Source: Candidatus Saccharimonadales bacterium
GTDB lineage: Bacteria; Patescibacteriota; Saccharimonadia; Saccharimonadales; Saccharimonadaceae
Length of the DNA stretch: 64,000 nt
Assembly: GCA_049644865.1 (NCBI GenBank)
Contig: JBARSV010000019.1
Span: 31,196-95,195, forward strand
Direction: 5' to 3'
The translations under genes were made by a program, and so were the position numbers. The notes beneath the pieces are model-generated. The model was not told the DNA's origin, made no database searches, and saw only the letters and a program-made list of their open reading frames with translations. Shown piece after piece: positions 32,125 to 40,660 of the stretch (positions within the stretch are counted from its first letter, which is position 1; the number at the start of each line of letters is the position of its first letter).

Positions 32125-32499
32125 ATGAGATACTTTACGCTCGAAGAGGTGCTAGAGCTACACTTCATGCTCATCGAAGATTACGGTGGAGCGCATGGTG
32201 TTCATAGCGAGCAGCGTCTACGATCACTCGTCGATGCGCCGAAACTTGTTGTATATGGTGTTGAGCAGTATAAAACCATGTATGAGAAAGCAGCCGTGTA
32301 TATGAGGAACTGCATAGCCGACCATGTATTTGTCGATGGCAATAAACGCACAGGAGTGACTCTTGGTGTTATGTTTTTGCAACGGTGTGGTTGCGTGATG
32401 CAGGCAAGTCCGCGTGAGCTAGAAGATCTTGCGGTGCTCGTGGCCGTCGAGCGGCTTGATGTCGATGAGATTGCGGCGTGGTTGGAGCGTGGCTGCTAA
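32125..32499 (+). CDS. doc: Fic/Doc-family toxin (death-on-curing type)
   Basis: 124 aa; HVFVDGNKRTG matches the Doc motif HxFx(D/N)(A/G)NKR. Confidence 0.85.
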   Translation: MRYFTLEEVLELHFMLIEDYGGAHGVHSEQRLRSLVDAPKLVVYGVEQYKTMYEKAAVYMRNCIADHVFVDGNKRTGVTLGVMFLQRCGCVMQASPRELEDLAVLVAVERLDVDEIAAWLERGC

Positions 32500-32687
32500 A
32501 CCGATAATATCACCACATTATCTTTAGTTCTCATGCTTGCAAAAAGAAATACATTTTAACATACTAACCTGATATGTACACGCATCCAATTGACTTAGGA
32601 TAATTATTACAAGTTGCACGTGTAACTCATATATCGTTAAACCTTGCACCTGAAACTAGGGGAGATGTAGTTGTAGTTGATGCGCTT

Positions 32688-33104
32688 ATGAGACCGCTTG
32701 GAAACGTTGCGTGTCGCATACTGAGTGTACCGCAGCTCTTAGTGGTATCGTCGACGAGATGTATACCGGTCGATGGGTTGTTGAGACCAGATACCGACCA
32801 GGTATTCCAGACAGTATTTGGCGCACAATATGACGGGTTAGATATAGTGAGGGTTGATAAAGAGCTCGCCGTCACAGATGAGCTCGAAGAGATGATGAAT
32901 GGTACCGACGAATTTTCTCCAACCGGTCACGTTCCCGTTGCGCGTTTTCGTGTATACGACGAGATAGATGGGGTCGAGGGCAGCCTCGTTGAGCTCTATC
33001 CATATGTTGCAGTACCACTAATAGGTAGTGATCTCGTCGTAACACGTAGTTCACATTTACTGTTGCCCGGGGATGACGACGGCTGCATAACTGATATAGC
33101 ATAA
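32688..33104 (+). CDS. hypothetical protein (coding status uncertain)
   Basis: 138-aa ORF; only the acidic C-terminal half looks protein-like; overlapping minus-strand ORFs exist; no SD. Confidence 0.3.
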   Translation: MRPLGNVACRILSVPQLLVVSSTRCIPVDGLLRPDTDQVFQTVFGAQYDGLDIVRVDKELAVTDELEEMMNGTDEFSPTGHVPVARFRVYDEIDGVEGSLVELYPYVAVPLIGSDLVVTRSSHLLLPGDDDGCITDIA

Positions 33105-33204
33105 GCTTGAGATCTTACTCTGTTAAAACTTACTAAACCCCCCATGCCTAAAACTACAAAATACTTTTTACAATAATGTTAAAGATAGCTTATAATATCC
33201 AGCA

Positions 33205-34206
33205 ATGGAAAAGCGGGAGCTGACAAAGCGCCAAGAATGGCGTGTTATGCGTGATTGGCATCAATCCGAACTAAATGAGGCCTTGGCGAAGATGGAGCTT
33301 ACGGTAGAGTACTGGAATTTACTACTCGCCGATGCCGATGCTCACGGCGATACAGAGAAGGTTGCAGCATTAGCTACAGAAGCAATCGAAGCGCTTGATA
33401 ATGAGTGGCAATTTCATCACGATTTCTTCATGGTGAGCGGGAAATGGTATTACCCTAAGATCGCATTTGGTGATGGTGGTGTGATAGGCGAACATGTTTA
33501 CGAAGATGCGTTTGCGAGTTGTCAAAGTAACGGTTTTATCGTCGATTATGTCGAGCGTGGCGGGCAGATGGTACCGCGAGTCGGGATGTCGTTCATCGTG
33601 GGTACTATACCGATTGCAAATACACTCGTTCAGGGGACTATACAGCCACTGGCATTTGCGGAACCACACGAGATATCACTGTCATATATGCGTCCAGGAA
33701 GTACTGAGGTTGTCAGCTCAGATTTGCAACAGATTGGGAATGCGCTCGAACGAGCTGAGTCGATATTGCGTCTTTATCTTTCGAGTGAGCACTCAAGCTT
33801 CTTTCGGCAGTCTGAGCAAAAGCAGCAAGTGTTTTTCATGAGCCTGATTGAAATGGTTGAGGAGACGTTACCAGATAGAAGTTCACTTGATGCGCTCGTT
33901 GTCTCGCAGATTGAACTAACTCGTTTTTACTATAAAACGCAGGAGAGGGCTATTGCGGTAGTATTGCCACCAGGTCAGACATTATCCTTAGGTGGGACGG
34001 TGATTGGTGTGACCATACTCGAGCATTTAGATCATGTTCCCGGTACGGTATTGCGAAGCAAAGATGACATGATAGACTCAGCTGCACAGATATGCCTTAT
34101 CGTTCAAACCAATAGCCGAATATTGCATAACGGTGAACTCGTCACTGAAGGCGACATTATCATTCCACTCTGTTACGCAACGACTATAAAATATGAGTTA
34201 ATGTAG
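33205..34206 (+). CDS. hypothetical protein (orphan, 333 aa)
   Basis: Long ORF with a TTTACA-N18-TATAAT promoter whose -10 ends 8 nt before the ATG; no family recognised. Confidence 0.65.
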   Translation: MEKRELTKRQEWRVMRDWHQSELNEALAKMELTVEYWNLLLADADAHGDTEKVAALATEAIEALDNEWQFHHDFFMVSGKWYYPKIAFGDGGVIGEHVYEDAFASCQSNGFIVDYVERGGQMVPRVGMSFIVGTIPIANTLVQGTIQPLAFAEPHEISLSYMRPGSTEVVSSDLQQIGNALERAESILRLYLSSEHSSFFRQSEQKQQVFFMSLIEMVEETLPDRSSLDALVVSQIELTRFYYKTQERAIAVVLPPGQTLSLGGTVIGVTILEHLDHVPGTVLRSKDDMIDSAAQICLIVQTNSRILHNGELVTEGDIIIPLCYATTIKYELM

Positions 34207-34303
34207 AACGATGGCTTGACGGCTTTGACGCACAGCTATCATACAGGTTTGCACAAGCTGCACGAGATTGACAAAAAGTAAGGCATGATATATACTCCTT
34301 ACT

Positions 34304-34579
34304 ATGAATACTCACACAGTCACGATAACAAGCAAAAACCAGATTACCTTACCGGCAAAGATAGTAAGGAGTATGGGATTGTCGAAGGGTGAGAAGCTTG
34401 AGGTCACCAGTACGGCAAATTCGGTAGAGCTGACAAAACTGCCGACGTTCCATGAGGCCATGCAGCCGCTATGGGACAAAGTGGCGACGCAGATGAAGGG
34501 CAAGACCCCGCCCACAAATGAAGAGCTGTCGCGGGCAGCGCGCGACACACGCGCGAGCGAAAAGGTGGAGTTTCGCTAA
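34304..34579 (+). CDS. AbrB/SpoVT-fold antitoxin (VapB-like)
   Basis: 91 aa; SKNQITLPAKIVRSMGLSKGEKLEV motif; abuts the PIN gene. Confidence 0.75.
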   Translation: MNTHTVTITSKNQITLPAKIVRSMGLSKGEKLEVTSTANSVELTKLPTFHEAMQPLWDKVATQMKGKTPPTNEELSRAARDTRASEKVEFR

Positions 34580-34954
34580 ATGTACGTCGATACGAATGTC
34601 CTGATCCGACTTGCAACCAACGACATACCACAATTGGCGGCAGAAGCAGACCGCCTGTTGTCTGCATGTCGTCCTCGTAGCGTGATAGTGGATAATACGG
34701 TGGTTGAAGAGGCGACATTTGTATTACAAAAGTACGACAAATACCTATTGCCGCGAGAAACTATCACGGAAGTGATGAAAGTCGTTCTCGGACGGGACGA
34801 ATTGGTCGTCGATACGGCAGTTTTTGGAGCGCTTGCAATGTTTGCTGCGCATCCTAAACTTGATTTCGTGGATTGCCTGCTGGCAGTGAAAGCGGGCGGT
34901 AAACGCGGGAAACTCTTGACGTTTGATACTGAGTTGCAGAGCGTCCTACGATAA
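34580..34954 (+). CDS. vapC: PIN-domain toxin
   Basis: 124 aa; MYVDTNVLIRL N-terminus (first acidic PIN residue), later D/E positions present. Confidence 0.75.
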   Translation: MYVDTNVLIRLATNDIPQLAAEADRLLSACRPRSVIVDNTVVEEATFVLQKYDKYLLPRETITEVMKVVLGRDELVVDTAVFGALAMFAAHPKLDFVDCLLAVKAGGKRGKLLTFDTELQSVLR

Positions 34955-34980
34955 ACCGCATCAGGTGTTACAATACGGCT

Positions 34981-35532
34981 ATGAACAAAGCAGTCGCTGA
35001 CATGAATGGTACAGTTATGAAATGGCTAGCGATTATTGGGACACGTGAAGCGACGAGCGAGATGCGCCGTGATGTGAGCGAGCGAGTACGCCGCGCAGTG
35101 GGTGACGGCTGCGGAATCGTGACGGGTGGTAGCACGGGTGTCGACACAGTCGCGATGATGGCCGCCATGCACTATGGCGGGGTGCTGCGGGTGTATTTGC
35201 CGATAGCACTCGCGGACTATGAAAAAAGTTTGCGGGAGCGTGCCGAGCAGGGCAAATGTTTGCCGGACGACGCCGAGCAGACGATTGCGACACTCAAACA
35301 ACTCAAAACGCGTGATCATTCGGCTCTTGTCGAGCCTGATGATTTTACGGAGCTCACACCCGAAGCCTTTTATGCGCGCAATGAACAAATCTTACAACTC
35401 GCTGATGCCGTCGTAGCCTATCATCTCAAGGGCAACGCCACTGCTTCGAAACTCCCAGCCGGCACACTGCTCACCGCTGAGCGCGCGTGTGAAATCGGAA
35501 AAGTTGTCGAGGTGTTTGAGTATGCATACTAA
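34981..35532 (+). CDS. SLOG / DprA-like Rossmann-fold protein
   Basis: 183 aa; WLAIIGTRE ... IVTGGSTGVDTVAM resembles the TGGxxGxD signature of DprA/DUF2493/SLOG proteins. Confidence 0.5.
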   Translation: MNKAVADMNGTVMKWLAIIGTREATSEMRRDVSERVRRAVGDGCGIVTGGSTGVDTVAMMAAMHYGGVLRVYLPIALADYEKSLRERAEQGKCLPDDAEQTIATLKQLKTRDHSALVEPDDFTELTPEAFYARNEQILQLADAVVAYHLKGNATASKLPAGTLLTAERACEIGKVVEVFEYAY

Positions 35533-35591
35533 GTCTAATGCAATAAAACTTTTACCCCAGAACTTGCTATAATTGAAACATAGGAGGTACG

Positions 35592-35987
35592 ATGCCCCAG
35601 ATTATTATTACTCAGTTTGATTATGACCGGTTAACGAAACTGCTCGATAAGAAGCTGCCGAAAGATGCCTACGATGAGGCGTTGCTAGCGGAGCTTGGTA
35701 ATGCTGACGTGGTAGAACCGAGCGATATTCCTCACGATGCGATCACTCTGAATTCGCGTGTGCGATTTCGTGATGCCGAGGGCAAGGATAGGGAATATTG
35801 GCTGGTGTTCCCAGAGGATACTGATGTCATGAGCGGGAAGATATCGATACTGTCGCCAGTTGGCTGTGCGCTGCTGGGATATCGTGTGGGCGACACGGTG
35901 TCGGTGCCGACACCCCAGGGTACGAACGAACTAACTGTCGAAGAGGTCATATCTCAGCCCGAACGTGAAGGACGATTTGACGTTTAG
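35592..35987 (+). CDS. rnk: GreA/GreB-C-domain protein, Rnk-like
   Basis: 131 aa; SD AGGAGG; ISILSPVGCALLGYRVGDTVSV motif. Confidence 0.8.
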   Translation: MPQIIITQFDYDRLTKLLDKKLPKDAYDEALLAELGNADVVEPSDIPHDAITLNSRVRFRDAEGKDREYWLVFPEDTDVMSGKISILSPVGCALLGYRVGDTVSVPTPQGTNELTVEEVISQPEREGRFDV

Positions 35988-36017
35988 TATTAAACCCACT
36001 AGAACTCACCAGAAACT

Positions 36018-37175
36018 ATGTCAGAGCGCATACATCCAGAAGATAGGGTACCTATAGATGATGGCTTTGATGCCGTGCTAGCCTTGCTTGGTGATGAAGC
36101 GAGGTTGACCGTAAATAAGGTTTGGGATGCACATGGTAGCGTGGTTGATCCCATGGTTGAGGCACGCTATGACGCAGCATCATTTATGCAGCTCGCAGAC
36201 TATATTAGTCAATTATTTTGCAGCGATGATACATCTCGAGAAGATATCGCAGCGTTGACCTATCGCGCGATGATGTTTGCGCTACAAGTGGTAGACGTTG
36301 TTTCTCAATATGACGTGAGAGCACTAAACATTCGTGACTTGTTTGCCAGTGAGAATATAGTCGGGGAGTTGCCGCAACATGTTCGATCGACAGTGGCACG
36401 CTATCTCCAAAATAGACCATACTTACAACAGTTCGTCGAAGAGATGGCGCCTCTGCTGGAAGGATATTCGGTTGATCCTGAGCATGCAGTTCTCATGGTC
36501 GGAGCAACGTTTTTCATGCTAGAACGAGGTATGGCTGAAAAGACTCTCGAGCAGGTAAGGGCGAGCGATCAGGAAGAGGGCAACTACAAAGGTGATGATG
36601 AGCGTGTCGTCATGCAGGCCTTGATAGAGGCGAGAAGCCAATTCTTTATGCAGATGCGCAATCATGTCGGCAGGCATCTTGATGATTATGCCTATGCGGA
36701 TACCGCTCAACTAACTAGGGCGCAGAATGCCCTAGCGGAAACGTGGTTAGATGTGGTTGACGTGCTACTACAGAACGAGTCGCGTACCTACGAAGAGTCG
36801 GTTGGTCTTGTCGCTGATATTTGGTATTACGATTACTGTGCTCGACGAGATTTATTGCGCTACCTGCGTCCAGATAAAGATTTCGGCGAAGATATGAGGA
36901 GAGAGCAGGTTCGTGATGAAATACATCGCGAATTTGTGGACGGAGGTGAAACTTGCACGCATCTTGTGGCTCAGTACGTATATTATTTACAGCATGATGT
37001 CGTGGAGGTGTTGAGTCGAGAGTGTGAGGATGATTTATTTACAGATAGCAAGGTACTAGGGGTGTTCCTCATGCCGGTATACACGATAGTAGACAAACGC
37101 ATTGAGGGCAACAAAATAGTAACTACGGTAGTGATGGATGGGAAGTGGCAGCGGTTTGAAAAAAGGCTATACTAG
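36018..37175 (+). CDS. hypothetical acidic, helical protein (orphan, 385 aa)
   Basis: Long ORF, 6 nt upstream of the membrane protein gene; no family recognised. Confidence 0.65.
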   Translation: MSERIHPEDRVPIDDGFDAVLALLGDEARLTVNKVWDAHGSVVDPMVEARYDAASFMQLADYISQLFCSDDTSREDIAALTYRAMMFALQVVDVVSQYDVRALNIRDLFASENIVGELPQHVRSTVARYLQNRPYLQQFVEEMAPLLEGYSVDPEHAVLMVGATFFMLERGMAEKTLEQVRASDQEEGNYKGDDERVVMQALIEARSQFFMQMRNHVGRHLDDYAYADTAQLTRAQNALAETWLDVVDVLLQNESRTYEESVGLVADIWYYDYCARRDLLRYLRPDKDFGEDMRREQVRDEIHREFVDGGETCTHLVAQYVYYLQHDVVEVLSRECEDDLFTDSKVLGVFLMPVYTIVDKRIEGNKIVTTVVMDGKWQRFEKRLY

Positions 37176-37181
37176 TATTGG

Positions 37182-38261
37182 ATGAGCGCTATTAATTACC
37201 AATCTCTGTCCCGTCCTGTCGATTTTCGGAGTATACGAGCGGCTATAACTCCTCGTGAGTTTGGTCGACTTGTCAGTAGAGTCATCATCTCTTCTGTTAT
37301 TTTGGCCGTGTGTATTACCGTGTGGCTTAACGGTATTTCAACTGATTTGATGAATGTTGTCGTTGCTATATCTGCCTTCTATTTTGTGGTGTGTGTTATG
37401 CGGCTTGGTTTGACATTTTTCAAAGCGCGTCGCAAGATTCGGGCGGGATGGTTCGCGGCTGAAAATAGCCTGGAACTACTGACTGATGTGAAACAACCCA
37501 GGTATCGTGGCTCGTTGTTCAATCAAGGCTATGATCGCCTCATCGAAAACGCTTACCGGTTTGTTACGTCGGTTGGCGACGTAGAGATCGGGCGGTACAA
37601 CTATACTGGCAAACGAGATCGTAACGGTTTCTTACACGTGCTGTGCTATGCACGAATCGATTTACCTCGTCATCTGCCACATATGCTCCTCGATAGCAAG
37701 AAGAATAATCTACTGCGCTACTGGAGTGCTGCGGCGGCAGATATGACAAAAGACCAAGTATTGCATCTAGAGGGTAACTTCGACAACTATTTCACGCTCT
37801 ATGCACCAAAAGAGTATGAACGCGACGCGTTGTATGTCTTTACTCCTGATGTCATGGCGGCACTGATCGATACCGTACCATATGCCGATGTGGAGTTAGT
37901 TGACGGTCATCTCATGATCTACGCCACGAAAATGAAGAACGTTACGAGTGAAAAAAACGTCGCAGCTTTGTTACATATCGCTGAAGTTATCGGAAAGCGC
38001 GTTGGACACCAGGCGGATTACTATGCTGATGAACGAGTTAGTGATCGTGCAACGAATACCATCGCGCCAAAGGGGAAGAGGCTACGGACGAGAGATGTAT
38101 TTACTACCGTCGCTATGATATTTTTTGCAACAGCGTTTTTTGTCATGCAGCTTGTCTACGCTCCGCAAACCTTGTTAATCTTGCCAGGTATCCCCCTCGC
38201 TATACTTCTCACTATTCATTTTGGGAGCAAGATCGTTCTCTATATGAGACGACCAAAATAA
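37182..38261 (+). CDS. 2+2-TM membrane protein, paralog of 46349-47518 (possibly DUF3137-like)
   Basis: 359 aa; two N-terminal and two C-terminal hydrophobic helices. Shares the blocks LPRHLPHMLLDSKKNN and LEGNFDNYFTLYAPKEYERDALYVFTPDVM with the paralog. Confidence 0.7.
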   Translation: MSAINYQSLSRPVDFRSIRAAITPREFGRLVSRVIISSVILAVCITVWLNGISTDLMNVVVAISAFYFVVCVMRLGLTFFKARRKIRAGWFAAENSLELLTDVKQPRYRGSLFNQGYDRLIENAYRFVTSVGDVEIGRYNYTGKRDRNGFLHVLCYARIDLPRHLPHMLLDSKKNNLLRYWSAAAADMTKDQVLHLEGNFDNYFTLYAPKEYERDALYVFTPDVMAALIDTVPYADVELVDGHLMIYATKMKNVTSEKNVAALLHIAEVIGKRVGHQADYYADERVSDRATNTIAPKGKRLRTRDVFTTVAMIFFATAFFVMQLVYAPQTLLILPGIPLAILLTIHFGSKIVLYMRRPK

Positions 38262-38278
38262 TACGGTATGATAGACCT

Positions 38279-38995
38279 ATGAAAACAGTAGGTATCATAG
38301 GCTTTGGGAGTTTTGGTAAGTTCCTGGCGGAGAAGCTGAGTTCACATGCACGGGTGAGAGTCTATAGCCAGAGTGGGCGGACAAGCTCATGGATGGTGTC
38401 GCTTGAGGAAGCGGTCGATGTTGATTATGTGGTATTAGCCATACCTCTTGACGCCTATGAAGCGATGCTTCAGATGATCAAGCCACTACTCAAATCTCAC
38501 ACGGTCATTGTCGACGTTTGTTCAGTAAAAGTGAAACCTATCGAAATCATTCGCTCGGTCATGCCGGATCAACCACTCGTCGCCACGCACCCGATGTTTG
38601 GGCCTGAGTCGGCCAGTGTGTCATTTGCCGGTCATACACTGGTGATGTGCCCAGAAGTGTCAACGCCTGAGCCGTACGAGACGATCAAACACATTGCCAA
38701 TTCACTTGGTCTCGGTGTGGTGGAGATGAGTGCCGATGAGCATGACCGCGAAATTGCGGTGGTGCAGGGTTTGACATTTTTTATCGCCCGCGGCCTCAAT
38801 GGTGTCGGTGTGCATGATCAAAAATTGTTTACGCCGTCATTTGAGCGACTTCTCAAACTGGCTGAGCTCGAGCAGCATCACTCGCTTGAGCTGTTTAAAA
38901 CGATTCAGCAGGGTAATCCGCACACTCAGGCGGTGCGTGATACCTTCATTCGTGAGATTAGTACGATCAATCACGATCTGGCCGAGCCTCAATAA
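38279..38995 (+). CDS. tyrA: prephenate/arogenate dehydrogenase
   Basis: 238 aa; VGIIGFGSFGKFLA NAD motif, DVCSVK, THPMFGP. Confidence 0.85.
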   Translation: MKTVGIIGFGSFGKFLAEKLSSHARVRVYSQSGRTSSWMVSLEEAVDVDYVVLAIPLDAYEAMLQMIKPLLKSHTVIVDVCSVKVKPIEIIRSVMPDQPLVATHPMFGPESASVSFAGHTLVMCPEVSTPEPYETIKHIANSLGLGVVEMSADEHDREIAVVQGLTFFIARGLNGVGVHDQKLFTPSFERLLKLAELEQHHSLELFKTIQQGNPHTQAVRDTFIREISTINHDLAEPQ

Positions 38996-39233
38996 TCGGC
39001 AGGTCCTGTGCGTCGCAGTGTAAGGTCGAGGCTAAGTGGTCAAGTTGCTGAAATTTGCCGTAACGAATCGGCTGGTCGTCGGCTGAGTACAGTCGGTAGT
39101 AATGATCAAAATGTGTTGTCTGGCCGCGAAAATTGGTTGCAGTTGTCGGCTCGTCGATACGGACAATATACCAGCCCGTCGGCTCACTATCGAGCAGACG
39201 GCGAAGCTTGGCGTAATGGTTGAACCCGGGCAT
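38967..39233 (-). CDS. hypothetical small protein (88 aa)
   Basis: Taken from the internal ATG 39233 (MPGFNHYAKL...), because the longer track ORF runs into the neighbouring gene's start region; the 3' end overlaps the tyrA 3' end by 29 nt. Confidence 0.4.
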   Translation of the reverse strand: MPGFNHYAKLRRLLDSEPTGWYIVRIDEPTTATNFRGQTTHFDHYYRLYSADDQPIRYGKFQQLDHLASTLHCDAQDLPIIEARPDRD

Positions 39234-39283
39234 AGCGCCTAGTATAACGGGTGATATACTATAGACATAATCAAGGAGGTGCG

Positions 39284-39709
39284 ATGGAAGTAGCAGTGAA
39301 TTATCTCGCGGTATTTCTGGCTGGTGCATCGAGTATGGTAGTAGGCAGCATCTGGTATGCCAAAGGTACATTTGGTGCGCGCTGGGCGAAGCTGGCGCAT
39401 GTCGATCTCGACCGTAAGATGTCAGGTAGTGAGATGGCCGTCCTCATGGGGACAACATTTGTCATCTCGCTCGTGACTGCCTATGTGCTGGCTCATGTGA
39501 CGTTTCTCAGCCATGACTTTTTCCAAAACTCGTTCTTGCAAGATGCGCTGAGTACTGGCTTTTGGGTATGGTTGGGTTTCACGGCACTGCGATTTTGGAC
39601 CCACGACATGTTTGAGCGCCGTCCTGGTACGTTGACGCTTTTGTCGGTCGGTAATGAATTTGCGACGATCATGGTGATGGCACTCATCATCGGATTGATG
39701 GGAGTATAG
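39284..39709 (+). CDS. DUF1761-like membrane protein
   Basis: 141 aa from ATG 39284, preceded by AAGGAGG; 4 hydrophobic helices; GSIWY motif. Confidence 0.65.
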   Translation: MEVAVNYLAVFLAGASSMVVGSIWYAKGTFGARWAKLAHVDLDRKMSGSEMAVLMGTTFVISLVTAYVLAHVTFLSHDFFQNSFLQDALSTGFWVWLGFTALRFWTHDMFERRPGTLTLLSVGNEFATIMVMALIIGLMGV

Positions 39710-39711
39710 CC

Positions 39712-40014
39712 ATGGTACAAGCGATGTGGAACGGAGCAGTCATCGCGGAAGCGGATAAAGAACAGATGCTACGGATCGAAGGTAATTGGTATTTTCCGCC
39801 GACGGCGATTCGCCGTGAGTATTTCACACCGAGTGATACGCACACGACTTGTCATTGGAAAGGCGAGGCGAGTTATTACAACGTCGTGGTCAACAAGGAG
39901 GCCAATGCCGATGCCGCATGGTACTACCCACAGCCCAAAGATGGGTCGATCGAGCGAGTCGGTGACTTTACGAACTTTGTGGCATTTTGGCGAGGTGTCG
40001 AGGTGCGCGAATAA
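39712..40014 (+). CDS. DUF427-domain protein
   Basis: 100 aa; NWYFP ... TCHWKGEASYYNV ... AWYY pattern. Confidence 0.75.
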   Translation: MVQAMWNGAVIAEADKEQMLRIEGNWYFPPTAIRREYFTPSDTHTTCHWKGEASYYNVVVNKEANADAAWYYPQPKDGSIERVGDFTNFVAFWRGVEVRE

Positions 40015-40031
40015 CACCAAAGGAGGCTAGA

Positions 40032-40616
40032 ATGGGGTTTTGGCAAGGTTTAGGACGCATGATAGCTGGACAACCAGTGTATCAGGCAGATGATAGATCG
40101 AGGGACACTAGTGCAAGAGAAGAGCAGCGTGACCACTGGCAAGATTCGATCTTGCCCGATGAAAATCAGTCGCGGCCGAGTGATGATGTCGCTCAAGATG
40201 TCAAACCTCAAGACGATCAGGCGACGGCGAATGATCACTATACGGCGTCAGGCGAGAAGATCATCCCGGAAGTGTCAGTTGGACGCTGCGAAACCCATGA
40301 GCATGGCGACGACATCGAACTCTGGATCGTCATTGCCAATGATTCAGCGGTTGAGGTAATGGTAGATAAAATCACTATGCTCGGAACAACAGCTGAGCTG
40401 AATCGTTTTATGAAACCAGGTGAAGAACGGGAGTTCATGGTCTACCGCGGTGACAAAATCAAAAAGGGTAATTATACGAAGGCGCAGATTTATTATCGTG
40501 CACAAATGACAGGAGATTATTTTTGCGCTGACCAGCAGATCATCTATCGGGCGCAGTCTGACGGCGACTATCAAGTCGATGAGTTGCGGCTGATTCGACC
40601 AATCCATGATGTTTAG
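40032..40616 (+). CDS. hypothetical protein (194 aa)
   Basis: ATG 40032 preceded by AAGGAGG; disordered acidic N-terminal half and a beta-rich C-terminal half. Confidence 0.6.
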   Translation: MGFWQGLGRMIAGQPVYQADDRSRDTSAREEQRDHWQDSILPDENQSRPSDDVAQDVKPQDDQATANDHYTASGEKIIPEVSVGRCETHEHGDDIELWIVIANDSAVEVMVDKITMLGTTAELNRFMKPGEEREFMVYRGDKIKKGNYTKAQIYYRAQMTGDYFCADQQIIYRAQSDGDYQVDELRLIRPIHDV

Positions 40617-40660
40617 TATGCGTAACTATTGCTATACTGGTAGGTAACGAAAGGGAATAC

